The translations under genes were made by a program, and so were the position numbers. From Acidimicrobiaceae bacterium (lineage in GTDB: Bacteria > Actinomycetota > Acidimicrobiia > Acidimicrobiales > RAAP-2), in assembly GCA_003152015.1 (NCBI GenBank), contig PLZF01000098.1:1451-65450 (forward strand): a DNA stretch of 64,000 nt, given 5' to 3'. Under the pieces are notes generated by a model. It was not told the origin of the DNA and did no database searches. It worked only from the letters and a program-made list of their open reading frames with translations. Shown in pieces: positions 1 to 8,658 of this stretch (positions within the stretch are counted from its first letter, which is position 1; every line of letters starts with the position of its first letter).

Positions 1-527
1 GAGTCGTGACCTGGCGGATGATCCGAAGAGTGCGGAAATGGCGGGCACGCCTTTTGCTGGTCATGCCCCAGGGGATGCCGAAGCCGGGTCCCGAAATGCT
101 GGCGTCCGCGTGGTCCCACGCCTACCGAACATCGCTGGGGGCGGGCGCTCTGATGAGGCGGGGAAGCCGTCGGGAGGCGATGTGGATGCGCCGAGACCTC
201 TGGTCGCATGTCGGAGCCGCCGATGCCGAGGTCAAAGCCGCGCAAGGGACGGGCACGCCGGTCGGTCAGCTTCCCCATCTGATGGGGCACCTTTGCGACC
301 AGGCCCAACGCCACGACCACGTGCTGGCGTTGGCAACCAAGGGTGTACGGATCATCGATCCGATCGAAGCGCAAGCGGAAACCGATCGAATTACTGATCA
401 GGCGGATAGGGTGTCAGCTGCGGTGATGGGTGCGGTGCGGGCCGACGCCACCATCGATGCTGATCAGCTGGCGACCGCGCTCGACCACGAAACCCGGGCC
501 GTATCTCATGGAGCTTCCCATGCCCGC

Positions 528-1763
528 TCACTCATGCCGTAGGGGCTTCCGCGAGTAGCTCGCCACCACTGCCAGGCAGACGACCACCACGCCGGCCAGA
601 CACAACAACAGCACAGTGAAACTGGTGAAGCGCGAAAGCTCGGCCAGGGCGATGGGATAGGCGAAGCCGACATAGGTCAACGCATAGAACACCGCATTCA
701 GCCCGGCCAGCTCATCGGGACTGGCGATTCGCTGTACCTCCAGGAGGCCGGCCACCAGGCAGAAACCGTATCCGGCGCCCAGAACGGCGCCCGCGGCCAC
801 CACCGCCAGCGGGTCGGTGAGGTCGGCGGCCCACGCGGCGATGAGCAATCCGACCGCCACCAGGGTGAGTCCGGCCACAGCCCCCCGGGAGCTGTCGAGA
901 CGATCGAGGCGACGGGCCACGGGCTGGACCAGGACGCCGACCCCGAGGGTGAGAACGGCGATCAGTCCGGCAAAGGCGATGCCGAAGCCCCGGGTCCGTT
1001 CGCTCACGATGGAGGGGAGGACGGCGAACGAGACGGAAGCGGACCCGAATACCCATGGCGCTAGTGGGGTGACGATGGAGAGAAACCTGGGGTGACCGGC
1101 GGCAGGCACCCGCATACGGGCCGCCAGGCTCGGGCCCAGGCCGACAGCGTGATGCACGGATTCAGGGACCCGCCACAATCCGGGGAGCACCAGGGCCATG
1201 ACGGCCAGGTGGGGAACATAGGAAACGACCAATGGAAGCGGTCCCCACTCGGCGATGAGGCCGGCCACCAACGGCCCGAGCCCGAAGCCGGCGGACAGTG
1301 CGATCGCCGCTCTTCTTGCTCCGGACTGCTCGCCCGCGGTGAGGTCGTACGGCGGGACCGACAGCTCCTTGACCCAGGCGGTGCCGGCCGCCAGGACCCA
1401 TCCGCTGGCTGTGCCGGCCAAAAAACGGCCCAGGAACAGTAGGGGAGTCGAGTGTGCACCGACCATCAGCACCAAGGTGGCCACGACCGACATCACCGCG
1501 GCCGGGCGCACCACCCGTCGCCGTCCCCACCGGTCTGACGCCGGTCCACCCAGGAGAAGAGCGGGAACCAGGCCGAGGGCGTAGATCCCGAACAACGCCT
1601 CGTTGACGCTGATGGTCAACCCGCGGTTCTGGTGATAGGCGATGAGCAGGGAGGCGAACTGGTTGGCTCCCCAGCCCACCCCGAACATCACCGCGGCTAC
1701 GGCCAGCCAGCTGTGGCGGATGTCTGCCCCGTTTTGTCCACCGTTACCGGTGATCTCGATCAA
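528..1763 (-). CDS. MFS transporter
   Basis: 411-aa ORF with many hydrophobic segments and the MFS TM2-3 loop motif GGPASDRWGRRRVV. It overlaps the upstream hydrolase gene by 4 nt. Confidence 0.8.
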   Translation of the reverse strand: MIEITGNGGQNGADIRHSWLAVAAVMFGVGWGANQFASLLIAYHQNRGLTISVNEALFGIYALGLVPALLLGGPASDRWGRRRVVRPAAVMSVVATLVLMVGAHSTPLLFLGRFLAGTASGWVLAAGTAWVKELSVPPYDLTAGEQSGARRAAIALSAGFGLGPLVAGLIAEWGPLPLVVSYVPHLAVMALVLPGLWRVPESVHHAVGLGPSLAARMRVPAAGHPRFLSIVTPLAPWVFGSASVSFAVLPSIVSERTRGFGIAFAGLIAVLTLGVGVLVQPVARRLDRLDSSRGAVAGLTLVAVGLLIAAWAADLTDPLAVVAAGAVLGAGYGFCLVAGLLEVQRIASPDELAGLNAVFYALTYVGFAYPIALAELSRFTSFTVLLLCLAGVVVVCLAVVASYSRKPLRHE

Positions 1764-3274
1764 CTACACACGGTCCCGGCGACGGGCCGTGCGCCATCCA
1801 CCAGGTAGGTGCTCAGGTGTTGTTGCATGCAGCCGTTGGTGGCCCCGCTGAGCAGCCAGGTGTGCCCCCATCCCTTCCAGGTCAGTTGGCTGGCGACCGG
1901 GAAGATCGCCGCCAAGTGCTTCGCCCCGATCAGCGGGGTGTTCGGATCTCCGGTATTGCCCACCACCAGGATCAGTGGGGTGCCGGTGGGGTGCACGACC
2001 TCGACCGGCTGGCGGGCGGCCGGCCAGGCCACACAACCACCGAGGGCATAGGTGGCGGCGTATCCGCCGATCAGGGGATCGGCGGCCGCCAGTTGCCGGG
2101 CCAGGGTGCCGGCGGCAACCGGACCGGGATGGAGCCCGGCGTCGTTGCAGGTGATGGCCCACTGGGAGTCGACCAGCGATGCACCGTCAATGTCGGTGAC
2201 GAACTCGAGAGCGAGCTGCCGCAGGGGTGTCCCGTTCCCGCCGTGGGCCGCAACCAGAGCTTGGAAGTAGGAGGAGGTGAAGGCGGGCACGCTCAGCGTC
2301 AGTAGCGTGGCGGTATCGAGGTCGCCCACGGTGACCGCCGAATTGTTGTCACCGGTTCCGGCCACGGGCCCCGGTTGACCGGGCAGGGTGCGATCAACCG
2401 CTTCGAAGAACCCGCGCGGGTCGGGTCCGAGTGGGCATGGAGCCTCCCCGCCGCAGGTAGCCAGAAGATGATCGAGCGACTGCTCGGCGGCGGGAGCTTG
2501 TTGTGCCGCCTGTTGAGCCAGGGTGGCATTCACATCGACAGCTCCGTCGAGGACCATCGAGCGGATCCGGTGCGGGAAGAGATTGGCGTAGACGGTTCCC
2601 AACTCCGTCCCGTACGACAGGCCGTAGAAGCTGATGGTCGACTCACCCAGCGCCATCCTGATCCGGTCCATGTCCCGGGCGGTGTTGGTGGTATCGATAA
2701 AGGGCACCAGTTGGGGTGAGCGGGTCTGACAGGCCTTGGCCATGGCGGTGAACACTGCCGAACCGGGAAGTGGCTGGTGGGGCAGCGATGGCACCGGTAA
2801 CTGGCTGGTCACCGTGGACGGTGATGTCCCGCAATTGAGTGGATCGCTGACCCCGGTACCTCGTGGGTCGAAGCTGACGATGTCGAATCGTTGGCGAACC
2901 ACTGCCGGGAACGAGGCGAGAACCACCGGCAGGATCTGAATGCCACTTTCCCCCGGCCCACCCGGGTTGAACACCAGGGTGCCGATCCGCATGGCCGGAT
3001 CCAGCGCTAGCGCCCGGGACACCGCCACACTCAGTGTGGCCCCGTCGGGGTGGGAATAGTCGATCGGCACGCTGACCGAGCCGCACTGAAGACCAGCGTT
3101 TCCCGCGCACGCCGACCAGGCGATCGGGGTGGGTGCCGTGGCCACCGGAAGCGGAGGTGAAGATGTCGTGGGAGAGGTGGTGGGAATGGAGCTACTGCAC
3201 GCCGTGGTCACCATGATCAGCAGAGTCACTCCCAGCCCGATGACCCGCCCACCAACCTGGCGCCCAGATTTCAT
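1760..3274 (-). CDS. secreted alpha/beta hydrolase, TAP-like (tripeptidyl aminopeptidase family) lipoprotein
   Basis: ORF-track frame 1760..3580 trimmed to the internal ATG at 3274. This gives MKSGRQ...LLIMVTTACSS, a lipobox-type signal. GGPGESG and the nucleophile elbow GLSYGT are present. Confidence 0.75.
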   Translation of the reverse strand: MKSGRQVGGRVIGLGVTLLIMVTTACSSSIPTTSPTTSSPPLPVATAPTPIAWSACAGNAGLQCGSVSVPIDYSHPDGATLSVAVSRALALDPAMRIGTLVFNPGGPGESGIQILPVVLASFPAVVRQRFDIVSFDPRGTGVSDPLNCGTSPSTVTSQLPVPSLPHQPLPGSAVFTAMAKACQTRSPQLVPFIDTTNTARDMDRIRMALGESTISFYGLSYGTELGTVYANLFPHRIRSMVLDGAVDVNATLAQQAAQQAPAAEQSLDHLLATCGGEAPCPLGPDPRGFFEAVDRTLPGQPGPVAGTGDNNSAVTVGDLDTATLLTLSVPAFTSSYFQALVAAHGGNGTPLRQLALEFVTDIDGASLVDSQWAITCNDAGLHPGPVAAGTLARQLAAADPLIGGYAATYALGGCVAWPAARQPVEVVHPTGTPLILVVGNTGDPNTPLIGAKHLAAIFPVASQLTWKGWGHTWLLSGATNGCMQQHLSTYLVDGARPVAGTVCS

Positions 3275-3654
3275 CGGGCCGACCGTAGCCGCGCCCTTGG
3301 CCGCTCGTTCTTGAATCAGGTAGTCGGAGTCAATCCGCCGGTGGGTGGTCGGCGAAATGGTGACGGTGAGCGACTTGCCCGCCTTGGTCATCACCGTCCA
3401 GGTCGATCCCGACTCGGCGGTGATGCTCCTACGGACTCCGCCGTGACCCTTTTGCTTCGATGATGGGGGAGTCGATGCCGGTGGGTGAAGACGGACGAGG
3501 GAAATGTGAGGGGATGATGAAGGCGACCAGGTGGCCGCCTTCGAACGGCCCGCCCTCCACTGAGTCACCGGCGACCCCACTGGTAGGGTCGGGCGTCGTC
3601 AGCGCCATTCGGGCGCGTGGACGCCGAGACGCTCGGACCTGGCACTGGAGCACG

Positions 3655-4170
3655 ATGGCAGCACCCCGGAAATCCCTTGCCTTCGATCCCATCGAAGAGG
3701 CACGCCGCCAATGGAGTGAGCGCGGATGGGATGCGGCTGCGCCGGGGATGGCCGCGGTGACCTCGGTCATGCGGGCGCATCAGATCTTTCTGGCCCGGGT
3801 CGACTCGGCGCTCCGCCCCTTCAACCTCACCTTTGCCCGCTACGAGCTGCTGATGCTGTTGAGTTTCAGCCGCACCGGAGCGTTGCCCCTCAGCCGGGTC
3901 GGTGCCCGATTACAAGTGCATCCGGCGAGCGTCACCAATGCCGTCGATCGGCTCGAGGCACAACGGCTGGTCACTCGGCTTCCGCACCCCACTGATCGGC
4001 GCACCACCTTGGCCCAGATTCTCCCCGAAGGACGACGGTTGGTCGGGTTGGCCACCGCCACGCTCAACGATCAGGTGTTCACCGAAGCCGGTCTTAGTGA
4101 CGAAGAGGCGGACCAACTGTTCGGGTTGGTCCGGACGCTCCGGGTCGATCAGGGTGACTTCAACCCCTGA
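3655..4170 (+). CDS. MarR family transcriptional regulator
   Basis: Frame 3460..4170 trimmed to the ATG at 3655 (MAAPRKSLAFDP...). Winged-helix region LSRVGARLQVHPASVTNAVDRLEAQRLVTRLPHPTDRR is typical of MarR. Divergent from the hydrolase gene. Confidence 0.8.
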   Translation: MAAPRKSLAFDPIEEARRQWSERGWDAAAPGMAAVTSVMRAHQIFLARVDSALRPFNLTFARYELLMLLSFSRTGALPLSRVGARLQVHPASVTNAVDRLEAQRLVTRLPHPTDRRTTLAQILPEGRRLVGLATATLNDQVFTEAGLSDEEADQLFGLVRTLRVDQGDFNP

Positions 4171-4177
4171 CCGCGGT

Positions 4178-4852
4178 TCACAGTTGGGCCAGCATTGCCG
4201 ACAATCTCTCGATGGCGCCGGGGGTACGGGCTCCCCACCAGAACAGATCCTTGCCGTCCAGAAAGGTGGTGGGTCCCACCGAAGCGAGATCGGGGAGCTG
4301 TCGCTGGCTGAATGGGTACGGCTCGCTCGGGGCCAGCACCACGTCGGGACGCCGAGCAATGACGTCGTCGAGGTCGACCGTCGGATAGGGCCCGTCGTCA
4401 TCGCCGAAGACAGAGATGACGCCGAGGTGGGCCAGGAGGGAAGCGCCGTAGGTCGGAATGCCCAATGCCATCCAGGGTCGCCTCCAAATGGGCACGAATG
4501 CGGTGAGTCGGGCGGGCTTCGGGCCCGACAGGCTGGTGGGTTCCCACTGCGCCCCGACCAAACGGGACAATTCCTCCATGGCCGGGTTGACGTCTTCGAG
4601 GGATCGGATACGCAAGACGTGGACCGTCATACCCCGATCCACCAACGCGTCATGGTCCTCACGACGGTTCTCTTCTTCGTCCACCACCACCACGTCCGGG
4701 TGGAACTCGACAATCCTGTCGATGTCGGGGTCCTTGGTCCCTCCCACGTGGGGGATGTCGGGTTGTTCGCAGAATCGGGTGCAGGCTAGAGGTATGCAAC
4801 CCCAGCTGATGAGGGTCTCGGTGGCCGAAGGGACCAGGCTGACGATGTTCAC
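4178..4852 (-). CDS. BtuF-like cobalamin-binding / helical-backbone metal receptor family protein (no signal peptide)
   Basis: 224-aa ORF starting MNIVSLVPSATETLISWG, with GGTKDPDIDRIVEFHPDVVVV. This resembles periplasmic-binding-protein type 2 cobalamin/siderophore binders. Confidence 0.55.
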   Translation of the reverse strand: MNIVSLVPSATETLISWGCIPLACTRFCEQPDIPHVGGTKDPDIDRIVEFHPDVVVVDEEENRREDHDALVDRGMTVHVLRIRSLEDVNPAMEELSRLVGAQWEPTSLSGPKPARLTAFVPIWRRPWMALGIPTYGASLLAHLGVISVFGDDDGPYPTVDLDDVIARRPDVVLAPSEPYPFSQRQLPDLASVGPTTFLDGKDLFWWGARTPGAIERLSAMLAQL

Positions 4853-4962
4853 CGGCGTTGCGCTTCGATGTCGGCACGGTAGCAGTGAAGGCCGGGGCGA
4901 GACCCGGTTCAGTGGTCGGACCCGTCGGGAATGCTCGTCGGTGGGATGATGTTGGAACGTTG

Positions 4963-5757
4963 ATGAGGGCGGTCAGCTTTTCATTAGGTCACCACCAGAT
5001 CGGGAGTTCCAGTACGACTTCGGCTCGGGTCGGTGGAGCCCGGGCGATCGGAGTTGCCAGCGTGATCGCGTACAACTGGTGGGTGGCGGTGCCCTTCGTC
5101 CCCGGGCTGGTGACCTCTCCGAACGAGTTCTTCTCTGATCTTGAAGTCGCGGGCTACCGGGACGCCGACCTCATGCAACACGCTGACCTGCTGGCCGGGT
5201 CTCTCCTGATCATTGCTCTGTTGATGAGGGGTGCCGCCGGACGGGACGGTGCCCGTCGGGAGTGGAAATGGTTGGTGGCATTCGCGGCCGCCGGTGCCAT
5301 CGGCAGCCGGTTTCCCTATGCGTGTTCCGAGGGTCTTAGTGCCACCTGCCGGAATCTCGAATGGCACCTGCAGCTTCCCTTGCACCACTACGTCCACGTG
5401 ATCTCGGGGATCGGCGAGTTCGCGTGTCTGACGGTGGCGGTGATCCTGGCTGTACGCCGGACCCAGGGTGAGACAACCCGTGAGGCGCGTGCGTTCCGCA
5501 TCCTCCTGAAAGGTCTGATTGTCGGGTACCCCGTGCTCGGCCTGGCCTACCTCAGTGATCGGCTGGGCGCGTTCGTCGAGCCGGTGTTCTTCGTGATCTT
5601 TTCCGCCATGATCATCGAGGAACTCTTTGAGCCAGCGGGGAAAGTGACATCTCCTGCCCAGCAGGGGCCACCTCCGGCGGAGATCGACGATCGCCCTCCC
5701 ACTGCATCTCCGGTCGGAGGCAAAAGGGTGCGAATCACCAGAAGCGTTCGACAGTAG
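4963..5757 (+). CDS. DUF998-like integral membrane protein
   Basis: Frame 4858..5757 trimmed to the ATG at 4963. Multiple TM segments. The N-terminal AYNWWVAVPFVPGL...FFSDLEV pattern resembles DUF998. Confidence 0.5.
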   Translation: MRAVSFSLGHHQIGSSSTTSARVGGARAIGVASVIAYNWWVAVPFVPGLVTSPNEFFSDLEVAGYRDADLMQHADLLAGSLLIIALLMRGAAGRDGARREWKWLVAFAAAGAIGSRFPYACSEGLSATCRNLEWHLQLPLHHYVHVISGIGEFACLTVAVILAVRRTQGETTREARAFRILLKGLIVGYPVLGLAYLSDRLGAFVEPVFFVIFSAMIIEELFEPAGKVTSPAQQGPPPAEIDDRPPTASPVGGKRVRITRSVRQ

Positions 5758-5868
5758 CCAACGCCTCGTTGGGCAATATCACTGGACGAGGGGATCCCAA
5801 CTGGGCACCGGGGTCCTAAGCCCGCTTGGACGCCATTGATCTGTTGTCGTCACCGAGCGGAGAGCTTG

Positions 5869-6162
5869 TCAGTGGACCTTCGAATGCGACGTCACGAAGT
5901 CGAGAGCCTCGCCAGCCAGCGTCCGCCGGGTTTCGTCATCGGTGGTGACCACGGTGAGCCATTCCGCCATCGGCCGGCCCTTTCCGGCATCGAATGGTCC
6001 ACCGATACCATTTCCAATCAAGCTGGCGGCCCGGTCTTTGGGGAGTTTCACCACGAGCCGGTCGTGGGAGAGCATGGCGAAGATCGAGCCATTGACTCTC
6101 AGTGCCGACGAGCCAAACCCACGGCGTCCCGACTCACCGGGGAGTGTGATCCCGGGAGGCAC
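5869..6162 (-). CDS. TfoX/Sxy N-terminal-domain family protein (conservative GTG start; the N-terminus appears frameshifted, see findings)
   Basis: RRGFGSSALRVNGSIFAMLSHDRLVVKLPKDRAASLI...GKGRPMAEWLTV matches the TfoX_N-type fold signature. An in-frame GTG is at 6162. Confidence 0.55.
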   Translation of the reverse strand: MPPGITLPGESGRRGFGSSALRVNGSIFAMLSHDRLVVKLPKDRAASLIGNGIGGPFDAGKGRPMAEWLTVVTTDDETRRTLAGEALDFVTSHSKVH

Positions 6163-6504
6163 CGACGAACTCGCTGACCAGCGCGGCGAAACGCTCTTCG
6201 GGTTCCATGACCACATTGGAGTGGCTCGGCAGGCCGGACGCAAGTACCGCTTGCGAGCGTTGCCGAGGTTGGTGATGTCCTGTCTCCCTGAAGCCCCTCC
6301 GATCGATCTTCTTGGGCTGCCACCAGGGAATATGTAGGTGGGGCCAGCCCCGCGAGGGTGGCCGATTGTGAAATGTCGGCACCTGGGCCCAGGATGCGCC
6401 TAGGGTAGTGCCATCGTCGACCCATTCACGCGGGCTGACGGAGGTTGGGCTTCAAAATGGATCCCCGCGTTTAAGTGCGTGAGTCAGCTCAAGGAGTGAC
6501 AGTT

Positions 6505-6708
6505 ATGCCAGTAGGTGCAGTCAAGTGGTTCAACGCCGAGAAGGGCTTTGGTTTCATCACGCCCGACGGCGGCGGGGATGATCTCTTCGTCCATCAATCC
6601 GAAATCCAGATGGAAGGCTTCCGCGACCTCGCAGAAGGCCAGCGTGTGGAGTTCGAGACGAAGCAGGGCCAAAAGGGCCTGCAGGCAAGCCAGGTCCGCA
6701 AGGTCTGA
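6505..6708 (+). CDS. cspA: cold-shock protein (CspA family)
   Basis: [34 protein letters not shown] carries the RNP1/RNP2 motifs. AAGGAG RBS at 6491-6496. About 290-nt upstream untranslated region. Confidence 0.95.
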   Translation: MPVGAVKWFNAEKGFGFITPDGGGDDLFVHQSEIQMEGFRDLAEGQRVEFETKQGQKGLQASQVRKV

Positions 6709-6717
6709 ATTGACGAT

Positions 6718-6783
6718 CACCGGGTGCCGACCCGACGACCTCGCCGGATCCCGGTACGTAGTCGTCGGGTCGACACCCCGGTG
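6718..6783 (+). terminator. long imperfect GC-rich hairpin downstream of cspA (possible I-shaped terminator, no U-tract)
   Basis: Arms 6718-6739 and 6761-6783 are complementary. They include a perfect 12-bp core, cgacccgacgac / gtcgtcgggtcg. The hairpin starts 10 nt after the csp stop. Confidence 0.35.
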
Positions 6784-7006
6784 GCGTAGCGGCCACTGAA
6801 CTCAACGGTTCGGGCGGCATTTTTTTTGTAGCTCCCTTGGGCTGTCCCAAAGGTGAGTTGCGTCGCGTCACGTGCTCCGCCTGTAGGCGTTGAGCCATCG
6901 ACCCGGGCGAAGGCGTCAGCCATGGCGCTGGTGCTTGCCTACGAACCTAAGCATTCCGGACTACATCTGGGGCCCACCGGTCGAGGCGAGTTGCCCAGTT
7001 GGAAGA

Positions 7007-7477
7007 CTAACCAGCTGCCGCGGGTCGATGCAGCGAAATGAAGGCGGCGCTCAGCAGCACGACGAGCGCCGCCGCCTCGCCGATGAGTGAGGTCCAGGCA
7101 TATGAGGCGCTGAAGCTGTCTTTGAAGCCGAACAGGCCCACCTCAATGGAGATGAGCAGGCCGGCGATTGTCCCGGCCACGAATACGGCCCGGGCCACCG
7201 CGATCAGGAAGTGACGGGTGACAGCTATGGCGAGGGCGGCACCGAAACCGGCGATGACCTGCAGCAAAATGAGCGGTCCGATGATATGGATCTGCTTGTA
7301 CCCGGTCATCCACAGATGAAGATGGATGAGAGCGGAAAGGGCCACCAGTCCGGCGCCGGCCCAGTACAGCAGGCTGATCGGCAATCCGGGCGAGGCCAGT
7401 AAGGATCGAGGGCCCCGGCTGGTCGCTGCGGTGGCGGATCCGACGTTCGAGTGGCTTGCGTCCGAGGTACTTGGCAT
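7007..7477 (-). CDS. hypothetical integral membrane protein (about 4 TM)
   Basis: 156-aa ORF with four clear hydrophobic helices, co-directional with and 81 nt downstream of the Rpf-like gene. No family recognised. Confidence 0.5.
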   Translation of the reverse strand: MPSTSDASHSNVGSATAATSRGPRSLLASPGLPISLLYWAGAGLVALSALIHLHLWMTGYKQIHIIGPLILLQVIAGFGAALAIAVTRHFLIAVARAVFVAGTIAGLLISIEVGLFGFKDSFSASYAWTSLIGEAAALVVLLSAAFISLHRPAAAG

Positions 7478-7558
7478 ACCAAGTCTTCGGAGCGGTGCCC
7501 GGGTCGGGATGGCCCGGTCGGCGCTATGCCGACCGGGCCATGCCCGACGATGGTCGGG

Positions 7559-8158
7559 TTAGAGCCCGCAGGCATTCCGGGTGCTCCAGGGCTGCCAGCC
7601 GTACTGGTTGTACAGCTTCAGCGCCAGGGCGTCCTGGGTGGCGGGCGATGCCTCATAGGGCCAGCCGCTGTACCCATACGAGTGCCAGGTGACCGAGATG
7701 ATCCCATAGGCCCCGGAAGGAGCCGATGAGTCGTTGTACCGATCACCTGATTCGTGGACGCGGATGCAGTTCCAGTCCCCGGTGGCGGTGCTGGTTGCAT
7801 CCGACACTGGGACGACCGGTGCCGGGGCCGGGGCCGCTACCGGAACCGCGACAACTGCCGGCGCTGGTGTGGCCGCCACCGGAGTGGTGGTAGCCGTATT
7901 GGCAGCCGCCACAAGTCCTGCATCCAGCGAGAGCAATGCTCCCAGGCCGGCGATGGTGGCGGGACGGCTTTTCGACGTGTTCGACGAGTTGAACGCCACC
8001 AACTGGGAGGCATTCGTGATCGACGACGTAGATGTCGAGGATTTACTGGGTGCTGTCGCGGCGGCCTGTGAGGTAACAGGCCGGACCAGGACAGCAGTAC
8101 TGATGGCAATGATTGATGCGACGGTGAAAACCGCGATGAGTGCAATGCGGGTCCGCAT
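7559..8158 (-). CDS. secreted Rpf-like (transglycosylase-like domain) protein
   Basis: Frame trimmed to the ATG at 8158 (MRTRIALIAVFTVASIIAI signal/anchor), with a GGGAGG RBS. Ala/Pro/Thr-rich linker. C-terminal DWNCIRVHESGDRYN...YGWQPWSTRNACG resembles the Rpf lysozyme-like domain with its catalytic Glu. Confidence 0.7.
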   Translation of the reverse strand: MRTRIALIAVFTVASIIAISTAVLVRPVTSQAAATAPSKSSTSTSSITNASQLVAFNSSNTSKSRPATIAGLGALLSLDAGLVAAANTATTTPVAATPAPAVVAVPVAAPAPAPVVPVSDATSTATGDWNCIRVHESGDRYNDSSAPSGAYGIISVTWHSYGYSGWPYEASPATQDALALKLYNQYGWQPWSTRNACGL

Positions 8159-8396
8159 GGCACCTCCCTTCGTAGGGCGCGCGATGGCGCCTTCCTCTGC
8201 TCGGTGTTGGCGGGCTCCGGCCATTGCATTCGGTCCCCGGACGGCGAGCGGGAAGGCATCGTTCGTCCTGGCTTTACGCCGTAGGGTGTGCGGCCGGTTG
8301 GTCTACGCCCAGGATTGCTTCGTGGTTTCGTCCTTGTTCGTCATCGGTCTTCGCACGCCGGCGCGTGGCCACAAGCCACACGTTCCCCAACGTGGT

Positions 8397-8510
8397 CGCG
8401 CTGATCTATCCGGGGTTCGGACGGATCTGCCGCTGCCACCATGCGTGATTCACTACCCACGAATGGTGGGGTTATCCTCGGATTCGGGACACTCCAGCAA
8501 ATTTGCGCTA
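8397..8510 (-). promoter_or_regulatory. candidate ydaO-type (c-di-AMP) riboswitch in the 5' UTR of the Rpf-like gene
   Basis: The minus-strand RNA reads GCGCAAAU...GAAUCCGAGGAUAACCCCAC-cauuc-GUGGGUAGUGAAUCAC...CCGAACCCCGGAUAGAUCAGCGCG. This parallels the Bacillus ydaO blocks AAUCAGAGCGGGGGACCCA...UGGGGUGAAUCC...CCCGAAUCCGUCAGC...GCG. An AT-rich promoter-like stretch lies just upstream (8500-8545). Confidence 0.4.
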
Positions 8511-8658
8511 GCTAAAGTATACATATTGGATGTATCGGGTCATGTCATGCCCATTGAGCTGGACTTATGGTGTTCTCAGGACCATAGGAATCGGTCACGG
8601 AGCGTGGGCGCAAAGTAAGCAATGTGTAGTCGGAGCGCCAAGGTGGCGGGCAAGGGGC

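Noticed and set aside
6-542. 178-aa plus-strand ORF at the left edge; its frame is open to the window start
   Set aside because: The translation is rich in Arg, Trp and Met with no recognisable motif. It converges head-on into the MFS gene end. The antisense frame in the same phase is equally open, as expected for GC-rich non-coding or shadow sequence. A short minus-strand start at 64 (MTSKRRARHFRTLRIIRQ...) runs off the window and cannot be judged. Neither is reported as a feature.
6784-7006. Possible small RNA or tRNA between cspA and the membrane protein gene, including a T8 run at 6821-6828
   Set aside because: No tRNA cloverleaf elements (T-loop GTTCRANYC, acceptor pairing) are present, and no stable hairpin immediately precedes the T-run. 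The only solid structure is the hairpin at 6718-6783, which is already listed.
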